Assembly (NCBI GenBank): GCA_964016885.1
Contig: OZ024741.1
Location: 275,900,001-275,964,000 of the forward strand
DNA: 64,000 nucleotides
DNA from: Eledone cirrhosa
Lineage: Eukaryota
Direction of reading: 5' to 3'
The notes under the pieces were generated by a model, which was not told where the DNA came from, made no database searches, and worked only from the letters and a program-made list of their open reading frames with translations. How positions within the stretch are numbered: position 1 is the first letter of the stretch; every line of letters begins with the position of its first letter. Shown here one piece after another: positions 13,073 through 25,564 of the stretch. The translations under genes and the position numbers were made by a program.

Positions 13073-13315
13073 TCATCATCATCATCATTTTTTAACATAC
13101 ATTTTCCATGCAAGCATGGGTAGCACGGGCTGTCCCTTTGGGAGAGATCAGATCAGAGGACCGTGTTTCACTCACACAGGGCTGAATTTAGCTTGGTTTC
13201 TACAGCTGGATGCCCTTTCTAACACCAACCACTTTACAGAATGGACTGGGCACTTTTTGTCATGCCGCCAACACAATCACTTTACAGTGTAGGCTGGGTG
13301 CTTTTTTCCTTGACA
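13073..13315 (-). mobile_element. SINE or LINE 3' fragment with RTE-type tail and aagggcatccagctgtagaaa motif
   Basis: Tail-to-tail with the preceding RTE across a short (TA)n. Confidence 0.7.
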
Positions 13316-13699
13316 CATATATGACCACTACACAGGTCAAACAATAGTATTTCCTCAAACAATAGTATTTCCATTGTTGAGGATAATCCCTATGTTTTTT
13401 AAACCCTGAGGCCATTTTCTAGAGAGTTTTTTTATTGTGGGGAGAAAGGTTAGTAATTTTAATCTTCACACATTCCTGATCTCCAAAGCCCCTCTATCTG
13501 TTGCACAACTGTGTTGTGAGTTCCAGGTTCAATCAGGGGTAACCACAATTAGTAAGGTATTCAATATATTAGTAGAGTGTAAACATGATGATTTCTTTTG
13601 AATGAAACTGTTCTATTCTTGTAGAAGCCATTTCTATATTAAACATGGCACATATATATATATACATATATATATATACACACCCACTCACACATAAAA

Positions 13700-13878
13700 A
13701 TAATTGTTTCTACTTTTGGCACAAGGCCAGCAATTATCCAGTGCATTACTGGTACTTTATTTTATCGACCCCGTAAGGATGAAAGGCAAAGTCAACCTCG
13801 GCGGGATTTGAACTCAGATCGTAAAGGGACGTAACTATGCTGGAAAGCATGGCGTCCGACCCTCTACCGATACTGCCA
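13700..13878 (-). mobile_element. tRNA-derived SINE with Nin/Deu-like central domain
   Basis: Reverse complement of the SINE at 51381-51570 (tggcagtatc.gtagag A-box-like, gagttcaaatcc B-box, gcctttcatccttacggggtcgataaaataaagtacc). Confidence 0.85.
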
Positions 13879-13879
13879 A

Positions 13880-15192
13880 GGTGTATTTAGCACCACTGAT
13901 GCTCAAAAGAAAGAGGTCTGGAAATGTTACTATGAGAGACTGATGAATGTAGAGACTGAATGGGAGGAAGAGAAACTACCCCAACCCACCCACCCAACAG
14001 AAGGGCCCACCATTGAAGTTGACAGTTATAGGGTTAAAGAAGCAAGTAAAGAGATGAAAAAGGAGAAAGCTGCATGACCATGAGATAACTACTGAGAGGC
14101 TAAAAGCATCAGAAGTAGGAGTCAAACTAGTGACCCACATAGTCAATCAGGTAATGCAGAACAGTATCATACCCAATGAATGGTGCAGCAGTATAATCAT
14201 AAATTGCTACAAGGGCAAAGGTAATGCCATAGAGAGGGACAACTATAGAAGAATAAAACTAATGGGCCAAATTATAAAAATTATGGAAAGAGTTATAACA
14301 CAACAACTAATCAGAGAAAGAGATAAATTGGATGAGGTGCAGTTTGGTTTCATGCCTGGGAAAAGTACTACATATGTATTTTTTTAGTTAGACATCTATA
14401 AGAGAAGTTCTTAGCCCAAAACAAGCTAGTATTTTCATTGATCTAGAAAAAGCGATTGACAGAGTACCCTGATCTATTATCTGGTGGTCTTTAAGGAAAT
14501 TAGGTTTAAAAGAATGGCTTATGAGAGCAGTGCAAGCCATGTACAGAGGAGCTGTCAGTAAATTGAGAGTAGGAAGTGAGTTTAGTGAGTTTAGTGAGGA
14601 ATTCAAGGAACAAATAGGAGTTCATCTAGGTTTCGGCTCTTAACCCACTACTATTATAGTCCTCCAAGCTATAAAAGAGGAGTTTAAGACTGGCTGCCCA
14701 CGGGAACTTCTCTATGCAGATGATCTGTATGATGCCTGTGTGCAAAGTGCAATGTTGCATGGTAGTGAAACATGGACTGTGACTGCAGAGGATGTACGTA
14801 GACTGGAGAAAAACGAAAAAACCATGCTTCGTTGGATGAGCAATGTAAGTGTGAGAGAAAGGCAGCGCTTGGCAAATTGATGGTGAAGTTGGTTTTAAGA
14901 GGAATTCGAAGAAGTATATAGGAGAGAAGACTGCATTAGTTTGGACATGTGATGTGCATGGACAATGATCGTTGGGTGAAGAAGTGCCAGGAAATGCCAG
15001 TGGAATGAAGTCGCAGTAGAGGTAGACCAAGAAATATCTGAGCAGAGGTTGTGAGAGCTGACCTCAAATCACTGAGACTCACAGAAGTGATGACAAAGAA
15101 TCATGATGTGTGGAGAGATGCCGTACTGAGAAGGACCCATCCAACCCATGCAAGTGTGGAAAAGTAGACGTAGAAACGATGATGATGATGAT
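13880..15192 (+). mobile_element. Decayed RTE LINE with an internal deletion
   Basis: RT motifs with stops and frameshifts; jumps from YADDL directly to YDACV at ~14725; (GAT)n tail. Confidence 0.9.
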
Positions 15193-15233
15193 TATAACAC
15201 TCACACATACGTTTCATACATACACACATATAA

Positions 15234-16052
15234 GGCATAGGTTAATTATAACGTTCGCGAAAATGAAAGTAGGTTTTCTGACAAGTGAATGTGTTTTTTT
15301 TTTTTTTTAGATTGAAAGTTATGATACAGTTTGTTTATTTACAACAGGTCTCTATAGTGATATGGTGTTAATTAGTATTGCGTGTGTGATTATTTTCTCT
15401 TATATATATATGTGTGGGTGTGTATATGTGTGTATATATATGTGTGTCTGTATGTATATATATATGTGTGTTTGTATATATATATGTGTTTGTGTCATCA
15501 TCGTTTAGATGTTTTTCTCCATGATGTTGTTGTGCACCAACGGAACTTTGTCGATCCTGAAGACCCTAATGTGCACACACAACTCATAGAGAACACTTGG
15601 AGCTGTGCGAAGAAAAAGCTTCGTCGACAACATGGGACAAGCGACGATTTATTCCCCTCATATTTAGCTGAATTTCTTTGGCGGCAGAGAGTTGGTGCCA
15701 ACAAATTTGGCGAGATGATCAACTGTATTTCAGCTATTTATACGGTCTAATAAGGATGTTGATAAGGTACGTCAATTTATATGTTATATGCAACAAACGT
15801 CTAACTATGTAGTTATTTTAAAAAAATTTATTTCTTTCAGCACACAATGTCATTTTCCGTACACACAATACACAAAAAAAGAAAAAGAAAAAATAATCAC
15901 ACACGCAATACTAATTAACACCATATCACTATAGAGACCTGTTGTAAATAAACAAACTGTATCGTAACTTTCATTGTAAAAAAAAAAACAAACACATTCA
16001 CTTGTCAGAAAACCTACTTTCATTTTCGCGAACGTTATAATTAACCTATGCT
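15234..16052 (+). mobile_element. Merlin (IS1595/ISXO2-like) DNA transposon, internally deleted
   Basis: ~160-bp TIRs beginning ggcataggttaattataacg (15234-~15396 and ~15888-16052); 9-bp TSD cacatataa at 15225-15233 and 16053-16061; transposase remnant inside. Confidence 0.88.
15520..15750 (+). pseudogene. C-terminal fragment of a Merlin/IS1595-family DDE transposase
   Basis: VVHQRNFVDPEDPNVHTQLIENTWSCAKKKLRRQHG...LFPSYLAEFLWR fits the V.H..NFVDP...HTQ.IE..W...K / YL.EF.WR signature. Confidence 0.85.
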
Positions 16053-16132
16053 CACATATAAATATAATACACAACCCACCCATGCTAGTGTGGAAGATGG
16101 ACGTTAGATGAAGATGATGATGATGATGATGA

Positions 16133-16433
16133 CAAACACATACACACTTAAATATTCTACACACACAGATATATATATATATAAATAGATGCATAAGCTC
16201 CTCAAAGTACATACATTTAAATATCACACCTACATATACACATATATGCACACACACAAATATATATATAAGCATACTTAAGCACAAAACAGTACACACA
16301 CACATATATAAATGTAGTTTAAATGATGATCATAATGATGATGACACACATACTTCAACATACAAACACATATAAATGCATGCATAAGCTAACATATGTA
16401 CATACACACATTTAAATATACCCTCTACCCACT

Positions 16434-16470
<37 letters not shown>

Positions 16471-16840
16471 CCACACAATTACATTTACACATACACACAT
16501 AAACACATACATATACACTTATATTTTAAAATCCTTACATAACCACACAACAGTACATACACACATAATATAACACAAACACACACACACACAAAGACAT
16601 AAATACACACAAACACACAAACACACTCACGCACAAACACATACCAAAACACATACACACAAACACATACATACACATACACTCAAACACACAAATACAT
16701 ACACACATAAACACACACACGCATACACACATACACACACAAACACATACACACAAACACATACACACACACACACACATACACACACATACAGAAACAC
16801 GTAAACACACACACACACACATACACACACAAACACACAG
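16133..16840. repeat. Degenerate (CA)n microsatellite region
   Basis: Direct inspection; preceded by a short RTE-type tail at 16075-16132. Confidence 0.9.
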
Positions 16841-18144
16841 AAACTTTTAGTAACTACTCACCTAGAGTTAATCCTTTAAACATTACTTTAATGAAATACA
16901 CCTGAGAGTAACTCCAACTAATTAATTAACTGCATTACTAACCTAGACATACTTATATATCGTTAACTTAATGTTAACTTAATTAATATAATAAGCATTA
17001 AAAAAAACTAACCAAAAGTAATTATGTAACAAGGAAAAGACAATATTAGCCTTAATCTTAGTCTTTGATTATATCTTCATTTGTAAGAAAATTAGCATCA
17101 CTACCCGGCTTTACCTGAATTTATTAAGACTTTTATTATCATATTTCTAATGAAAAACACTGTCTATGTGATTCAAATGATTTTGAAAATATTCAAAATT
17201 TTCATGATCAAGTTGATGTTTGAGATGTTACTTAACAAAAAATTCTTACATAAATTTGTAATGGAGTGTTTTAATTATCATAACTCTAACCCTTATGATC
17301 AAGTTGATATTTGAGATGTGACTTAACAAAAATTTCTTACATAAATTTTAATTATCATAACCCTAACCCTCAAGATAAACACTTTAACCCTTTAGTTACC
17401 AACCCAGCCAAAACCAGCTCTGGTTCCATGAAATAGAGTCACCTATTTTAAAGAATTCCAATTTAAATTAAAATTTTCTAGTATAATTTTATATAAGAAC
17501 CTTTCACTAAGTTACTATCTTAGTAATGAAATAATTAATAATTTACATAAATCCCTTAAAATTCTTCATTAATTAATTGAAATGAAGTGTATTTCATTAG
17601 AAATATGGTCATGAATGGGTTAAAATGAAGAGTTTTGTATCACTAAACAACAAGGAGTTTCTTATATAAAATTATGATGGATGGTTTTTATATAAGGAGG
17701 AATACTTAAAAACAGGAAGATTTCAATCACAGAATGATGGGCAATTTCAGGCAGCTTGGTATCAAAAGGGTTAATACCTAATATAAATACCACATAAATT
17801 CCTTATATTTTGGATAGATTATTCAAATCGGTGTTGACCATCATCAGTTGGTCTGGAAATTTTGATTCACTCAGGATTGTTGCATCCAACATATTCAAGT
17901 TGATCAGATTGAGCTTCAGAAAAATGTACAAAAGAAAAGAAAACAAAACAACAAAAAGACATAAATATAGAAAGTAAAAGTCACAGTCTATGATCGGTGG
18001 ACCCTCAGCTTACAACATAGATACACACATTTACTTTTATGGAAGTGCTGACCCCGATGTGATTCAAGTATGCAGTATTCTGATCAGATATGCTACAGTT
18101 GTAAAATAGGGACTCTCTAGCGAGGAAGGAAAAGCTGACCCCGA

Positions 18145-19200
18145 TGTGGTGGTGGTGGTAGTGGTGATGGTGGTGATGGTGGTGGTGGTGGTGGTAATGG
18201 TGGTGTTGGTGATGATGGCGGTAGTTGTGGTGGTGGTGGTAGTGGTGGCGATGGTGGTGTTGGTGATGATGGTGTTGGTGATGATGGTGGTGGTGATGAT
18301 GGTGGTAGTGGTGGTGGTGGTAGTGGTGGTGGTGGTGGTGGTGGTGGTGGTGGTGGTGGTGGTGGTGGTAGTGTTGGTGATGGTGGTGTTGGTGATGATG
18401 GTGGTGGTAGTGGCGGTGGTGGTGGTGGTGGTAGTATTAGTGATGGAAGTAATTGTAGTAATTGTGAAAATAATAATGCCCATGATGATGATGAAGGTAA
18501 AAACGATGATGATGATGACGATGATGATGATGATGATAAAGGTAAAAATGATAGTGCAGATGATAACGATACAAGTGTGATGCTAGTGTCTGGTAGGCTG
18601 TGACCTCTATTTTAATACATCTTAAACGTTCACCTGTACCTGGGCTTAAATGTCAGTTAAACCTCTTCTAACTAATCACTGGATTAAATAATTTACTTCC
18701 TATTTGTGTTAATTTTTCCTGCTTCACCAACACCACCACCGCCGCTTCTACCACCACTGCCGCTTCTACCACCACCACCGCCACCACCACCTCTACCAAC
18801 ACCACCACTACCACCGTCACTTCTACCAACACCACCACCACCGTCACCTCTACAAACACCACCACCGCTGCCTCTAGCACCAATATTACCACCACTGCTG
18901 GCTCTACCACCAACACCACCACCACCGCCACCACCACCACCACCACCACCACCACCACTGCCATCACAACCACAACTGCCTCCACCACCACCACCACCAC
19001 CACTATCGCAATCACCACCACTATCATCATCACTACACCATCAGTACCAAATTAATTCTCATCATCCTTACTTTCATTACTATCATCCGCCCACTCTTTA
19101 TCATCCTCATCATTGACGTCATCACCATCATCATCATCATCATCACCATCATCATCATCATTATCATCATTGTTGTCATCATCATCATCTTCTTCGTCAT
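18145..19200. repeat. (GGT)n/(GAT)n tract followed by (CCA)n/(CAT)n tract
   Basis: Trinucleotide tracts at 18145-18560 and 18725-19200; poly-V/T/P ORFs are artefacts. Confidence 0.92.
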
Positions 19201-19202
19201 CA

Positions 19203-19390
19203 TTGTGGTTTGGCAGTATCGGTAGAGGGTCGGACGCTATGCTTTCCAGCATAGTTACGTCCCTTTACGGTCTGAGTTCAAATCCCGCCGAGGTTGACTT
19301 TGCCTTTCATCCTTACGGGGTCGATAAAATAAAGTACCAGTAATTTACTGGGTAATTGCTGGTCTTGTGCCAAAAGTAGAAACAATTATG
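19203..19390 (+). mobile_element. tRNA-derived Nin/Deu-like SINE
   Basis: Near-identical to 51381-51570; older copies at ~19683-19870 and ~23090-23240. Confidence 0.85.
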
Positions 19391-20122
19391 ATGATGAGAT
19401 GATGATCAGGATGATGAAGAAGATGATAATGATGATGAGAAGGGGGATGACCAGTATGATGATGATGATAATGATTTATTCTTGTACTGTTTTCAACCAC
19501 TGGACTTTGGCCAAGCTGGAGCACCACTATAGAAAATATCAGTCAAATATATAAGACCTAGCAGTACTTAGTCTGGGCTTTTTATTAATTGAATGGCTTA
19601 AATTGGCAAGGCTGTGGATTATGTTAAGGTGTCAGAGGCACTGGAGCGCCAGACAAAATACCTTGCAACATTTGTTCTATTTAGGGTAGTGGATTGGCAA
19701 TATTGGTAAAGCATTGAACAGTATTAGTAAAGCTTTGTGGTATATAGTTACATCCTTTTACATTCCGAGTTCAAATCCTGCTGAGATAAGCTTTACCTTT
19801 CATCCTTACTGGGTCCAATAAAATAAAGTACCAGTAATGCACTAGGCTTGATTTAATCAACTTTTTCCTTCCCTTTTGTTTTGTGTCAAAAGGAAAAACA
19901 ATATTTGTTTCAACTTTCTGTGTTCTAAATTCAATTCTCTGAGGTTGATTTTCTTTTATTTTTTTCATTCTTTCTGAGTCAATAAAATAAATTATAAAGG
20001 TATTGGACATGGATGGATTGGCACAGAATTATTAGATAGGATAAGGCACCTTGTAGTATTTGTTTTAGCTCTTATATTCAGAGTTTAAATCCCTGAGTGG
20101 CCAACTTGGTTGGTAGACTTAC

Positions 20123-20273
20123 TCCAATACATGGGTTAGCACTATCAACTTCTCAACAGACATCACTCTGCTGTAAGCATTCAGATCAGCTTGAAGTTTC
20201 AAGATCCCTTCCCAAACTCCTGCCCAGCAGCCATGGAGACTTTGAAAAGTGTCAGGGACACTGTCATTCCCTC
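20123..20273 (-). CDS. Candidate internal coding exon of an unidentified gene
   Basis: Non-repetitive 151-nt block, strong donor GA|gtaagt, weaker ttaag acceptor, open frame GNDSVPDTFQSLHGCWAGVWEGILKLQADLNAYSRVMSVEKLIVLTHVL. Confidence 0.4.
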
Positions 20274-20363
20274 CTTAACTAAGTAGTAAAAAACTGAAAT
20301 AAAGTTGACCTAATATCTTCTCTGTACTATCAAGGTTTTATACACTGAAAAACAACAACACAA

Positions 20364-20490
20364 ACCCTAACCCTAACTCTGACTCTACCATAACTCTAAA
20401 CCTAAACCTAATCTTAACCCTCACCCTAACGCTAACTCTAACCCTGCCCTAATCCTAACTAACCCTGACCCTAACCCTAACCCTAACTCT
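20364..20490. repeat. Degenerate interstitial (CCCTAA)n telomere-like repeat
   Basis: About 20 degenerate ccctaa/ctctaa units. Confidence 0.75.
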
Positions 20491-20827
20491 ATACTACCAG
20501 GTTTTTGTGCACTGAATCAACAACACAAAACTTACAAATATAGATACAAACTTGTGTAAAATAGAGGTCAGGCCATCTCCTGTTTTACCGATCAGCTGCA
20601 TTCAGCAAGGATTATTAATGTCCTTTAATACTCAATGAGGCATAGAATTGACATGGTAGTGGTTAAACACTTGTACAACATACACATGTCCTTATCAGAC
20701 TAGGGTGATTAGTGGTTGCTAAATTAACACTGCACTCGGCACATATGAGGGTAGGAAGGCGTGATTTACTTATTTGTCGACCTCTATATGTATGAGTGGG
20801 TGTGTTGACATTTGTATAAATCATACA

Positions 20828-23015
20828 TCATCATCATCATCATCATCATCGTTTAACGTCCATATTCCACGCTTGCATGGGTTTGGACGGGAGTTTTCCC
20901 GTTTGAGGCAAGAGTGGTTGTCTTGCTAGCATAGGACTGTCTGGCGGGTTTTCTACAGCTGGATGCACTTCCTAACACCAACCATGTTTATAGTGTGGAC
21001 TGGGAGGTTTTTACCGTGTTACCTACATGGCCACATTACAGCGTGGACTGTGTGTTTTTTTGTCGTGACACCTACACGACCTCATTTGTTTCGGACTGGA
21101 TGTTGTGGTACCAACATAACTTTACATTGAAAGGGGTGGTGTGGATGGGGTGGGGGTAGTGGGACGGGGGTGTATTTTTGTTAGAGGTGCCTACTGACTG
21201 TAGTAGGTTTCACTTTGTACTTAGGTAAGGCGGGTCTTCTGTATTACTGTGTAGCGCCAAAGATCTCGGTCCAGTGACATTGTCTTGGAGAGGTGTAAGT
21301 GTGTGAGGTCGGAATTTATCAAGTCATCCCAGGTTTTTCTGGGTCTGCCTACTCCGTCTATTTTTATTGCCCTGCACTTTTTTATACAGCTGTCGTCTTT
21401 CATGCGTATCACGTGACCATACCAACGTAGTCTTCTCTCGAGTAAACAACATCTGATCCCTCTTATTTCTAATTTTTCCCTTAGTTCGTTTATGCTTTGC
21501 CATTCACTTATATTTCTATTACACATCCAGCGGAACATGCAAGCTTCGTTCCTCTCCAGTCTGCGTATATCCTCTGCACACAATGCCCAGGTCACTGCCA
21601 TGCAGCATTGCTGTTCGTATGCAGGCATCATACAGCCTGCCTTTCATTTTTAGAGAGAACCCTTTAGCGGCTAATAGTGGTATAAGCTCTCTGAACTTTT
21701 TCCATCCAGTTCTGACTCTAGCTACTGTACTTTCAGAGCACCCTCCCCCACTGCTGATTTTATCACCCAGGTAACGGAAGTTGTCCACTATTTCTATAGA
21801 ACCATCTGTGCAATGGAATGAGCTAGTATTCTGTGGGCACTTGCTGCTACTTATTGCACCAGAGCACCGGCCACATATAAAATCTATGTTCTTAGTTAGC
21901 TTACCTGTGATCCCACTACATCTTTTATGCACCCATACTTTGCATTTGGGACATAAAATGGAGTTTCTACCTACTCCTTTCCTACACACTGGGCATGGCC
22001 ATTTCCCGGATGGGACCGATGCCCTATTTTCCTTCCTACAAACTAGAACTTAGACAGGGCCATGCTTCCATGTTTGGAATTTCTTCTCTAGTTTGGCCAT
22101 TGATTCAGCTATGAGCATTAGATCATCTGCGTATAAGAGTTCCCATGGGCAGCCGATCTTGAACTCCACTGTTATAGCCTGAAGGGCAATAATAAATAGT
22201 AGGGGGCTAAGAACGGAGCCCTGATGAACACCAACTTTTACGCTAAACTCTTCACTATATTCGTTGTTAATTCTAACCTTGCTGACTGTTTCTTTATACA
22301 TGGCTTGTATAGCTCTCACAAGCCATTCATCAACACCTAGTTTTCTAAGAGCCCACCAGATAATGGAACGGGGGACTCTGTCAAAGGCTTTCTCCAAGTC
22401 GACAAAAGCTAAGTATAGGGGTTTACTTTTAGCTAGGTACTTCTCCTGTACTTGTCGTACAATGAAAAGAGCATCTGTGGTACTTTTACCTGACACAAAC
22501 CTGAACTGCATTTCATCTAGATCAATTCGCTCTCTGATTAGTTGCACTATTACTTTTTCTGTGACCTTTATGACCTGGTCGATTAATTTAATGCCTCTAT
22601 TGTTACCCCTATCTAGGGCATCTCCTTTACCCTTGTAGCAGTTAATGATGATGCTGTTACGCCAGTCCTTCGGAACAACCCCATTCTCTATGACTTGGTT
22701 TACTATCCGGGTGACCATGGTATGTCCCACCGTTCCAGAAGCTTTCAGCATTTCAGCAACTATTTCCGAAGGCCCAGCCGCCTTACCCATCTTCATATCT
22801 TTGATTGCCTTACTTATTATACTACCTTCGACTAACACTGCTGGTCCCTCTATTGGATCGATGTGGGGGAGACTGTCTTTCTCCCATTTATTCTCCTCAT
22901 TTAGTAGCCTTTCGTAGTGACACTTCCAAGCTACCTTCTTATCAGCGTCAGTGATGGCAAGTACACCATCATCATTAAGGACACACTTCTCCCCGACAAT
23001 ATCACGGTTTTCCTT
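20828..23015 (-). mobile_element. RTE LINE family A, 5'-truncated and frameshifted
   Basis: ORFs 22050-23066, 21519-21989 and 21221-21631 carry RT motifs (WELLYADDL) and the Cys/His finger; (CAT)n tail at the left end. Confidence 0.95.
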
Positions 23016-23299
23016 GTATACATATAGTTTTAAACCTCTACTTACATAAAATATGAGGTTTAACATAGGTGATGGTTAGTCTCTCAGTATGGTAGTAAAT
23101 CGGCAAAATCATAAAAGCGTTCAATTAAATATGCCTCAGTATTTGTTCAGTTTCACTGCATATTGAGTTCAAATCCTGCCGTGGTTAACTTAGCCTTTCA
23201 TCCTACAGAGGTCAATAAAATAAAGTACCTGTAAAATACTGTAAAAGACAATGCCTGCTGTAAAATGGTTAGTGATAGGAAGGGCATCAAGACATAACA

Positions 23300-23599
23300 C
23301 CAACCACATTTACAGTGAGGACTGGGAGCCTTTTCACCGTGTCTCCTACATGGACACCTTACAGTGTGGACTGTTGTGTCATTGACACAGTGCATGGAAC
23401 TGGAGAGGGAGGATGGGTTAGGGTGGGGTGTACATTGAGTGAAGAGGTGTCTACTGACTGTAAGTTTGTATGCAATGGCAGTCGGGTCTTCAGTACAACT
23501 GCATGGCATCAAAGGTCTCGATCCAGTGTCATTGTCTTAGAGAGGTGTAGGTGGGCAAGGTCAGTTTTTATCACCTCGTCCCAGGTTTTTCTTGGTCCA

Positions 23600-23601
<2 letters not shown>
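23300..23601 (-). mobile_element. Short RTE family A 3' fragment
   Basis: GPRKTWDEVIKTDLAHLHLSKTMTLDRDL; 5' end abuts (TA)n. Confidence 0.8.
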
Positions 23602-23645
<44 letters not shown>

Positions 23646-23653
23646 CATATATA

Positions 23654-23777
23654 TATAGTAGATAGCCAGGGCCCGAAGGCTGAGCTCTTGCCATTTCAAC
23701 TGCAAATTCTAGACATCTGGAATTTGGTGTCGAAACGGCTAGAGCTCACATGTTGGGCCCTGACACTCTACTATATT
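23654..23777. mobile_element. Degenerate fold-back relative of the 10329-10437 element
   Basis: gggccc..gagctc..tttc / gtcGAAAcggctagagctca..tgttgggccc in inverted arrangement next to (TA)n. Confidence 0.55.
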
Positions 23778-23903
23778 TACACCCTACTATTCAAAATATC
23801 AAGAACTCTGCTTAATAACGGCCTTACTAGTTTATAACTGGTATAATCCCAGATCCCCCTCTCTCTCTCACTCTCTCTTTCTCTCTCTATATATATATAT
23901 GTT

Positions 23904-23950
<47 letters not shown>

Positions 23951-23956
23951 ATATAT

Positions 23957-25540
23957 CATCATCATCATCATCATCATCGTTTAACGTCCATCTTCCACGC
24001 TTGCATGGGTTTGGACGGGAGTTTTCCCACTTGAGGCAAGAGTGGTTGTCTTGCTCGTATAGGACTGTCTGGCGGGTTTTCTACGGCTGGATGCCCTTCC
24101 TAACACCAACCATGTTTACAGTGTGGAACTGGGAGGTTTTTACCGTGTTACCAACACGGCCACATTACAGCGTGGACTGTGTGTTTTTTTGTCATGACAC
24201 CTACACAACCTCATTTATTTTGGATTGGATGTTGTGGTACCAACATAACTTCACATATTTTTGTTAGAGGTGCCTACTGACTGTAGTAGGTTTCGTTTTG
24301 TACTTAGGCAAGGCGGGTCTTCTGTATTACTGTGTAGCGCCAAAGATCTCGGTCCAGTGACATTGTCTTGGAGAGGTGTAAGTGTGTGAGGTCGGAATTT
24401 ATCAAGTTGTCCCAGGTTTTTCTGGGTCTGCCTACTCCGTGGCTACCGTCTATTTTTATCGCCCTGCACTCTTTTATACAGTTGTCATCTTTCATGCGCA
24501 TCACGTGACTGTACCAATGTAGTCTTCTCTCGAGTAAACAACATCTGATCCCTCTTATTCCTAATTTCTCCCTTAGTTCATTTATGCTTTGCCGTTCACG
24601 TATATTACTATTACACATCCAACAGAGCATGCAAGCTTCGTTCCTCTCCCGACTGCGTATATCCTCTGCACACAATGCCCAAGTCTCACTGCCATGTAAC
24701 ATTGCTGTTCGTATGCAGGCATCATACAGCCTGCCTTCCATTTTTAGAGAGAAACCTTTAGCGGCCAATAGTGGTATAAGCTCGCTGAACTTTTTCCATC
24801 CCGTTCTAACTGTAGCTACTGTACTTTCAGAGCACTCTCCACCACTGCTGATTTTGTCACCCAGGTAACGGAAGGTGTCCACTATTTCTATAGAGCCATC
24901 TGTGCAATGGAATGAGCTAGTATTCTGTGGGCACTTGCTGCTACTTATTGCACCTGAGCACCGGCCACATATAAAATCTATATTCTTAGTTAGCTTACCT
25001 GTGATCCCACTACATCTTTTATGCACCCATACTTTGCATTTGGGACATAAAATGGAGTTTCTGCCTACTCCTTTCCTACACACTGAACATGGCCATTTCC
25101 CAGATGGGACCAGTGCCCTATTTTCCTTCCTACAAACTAGAACTTTAGTCTTAGACAGGTTAATTTTAAGGCCTTTTGATTCTAGGCCATGCTTTCATGT
25201 TTGGAATTTCTTCTCTATTTCAGCCATTGATTCAGCTATGAGCGTTAGATGATCTGTGTATAGGAATTCCCATGGGCAGCCGGTCTTGAACTCCTCTGTT
25301 ATAGCCTGAAGGGCAATAATAAATAGGAGGGGGCTAAGGACGGAGCCCTGATGAACACCAACTTTTACGCTAAACTCTTCACTATATTCGTTGTTAATTC
25401 TAACCTTGCTGACTGTTTCTTTATACATGGCTTGTATAGCTCTCACAAGCCATTCATCAACACCTAGTTTTCTAAGAGCCCACCTGATAATGGGGCGTGG
25501 GACTCTGTCAAAGGCTTTCTCCATAGCAACAAAAGCTAAG
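23957..25540 (-). mobile_element. RTE LINE family A, 5'-truncated
   Basis: ORFs 25195-25524 and 24304-25083; closely similar to the 20828-23015 copy. Confidence 0.95.
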
Positions 25541-25564
25541 TATATATATATATATATATATATA

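Noticed and set aside
13585-13625. Hammerhead-like atgatga-tttc-tttt-gaat-gaaa motif (related copy on the minus strand at ~62655-62690) and ctgacga at ~61789
   Set aside because: Core, stem I or the GAAA partner is missing or mismatched; too degenerate to call.
17810-17930. Exon-like unique islands (also 530-620, 50145-50270 and 58460-58555)
   Set aside because: No combination of splice sites and open frame was convincing.
18064-19252. Mucin-like poly-Thr, poly-Pro and poly-Asp ORFs
   Set aside because: Trinucleotide microsatellites with no supporting gene structure.
20364-20490. Chromosome end
   Set aside because: Short, degenerate and interstitial.
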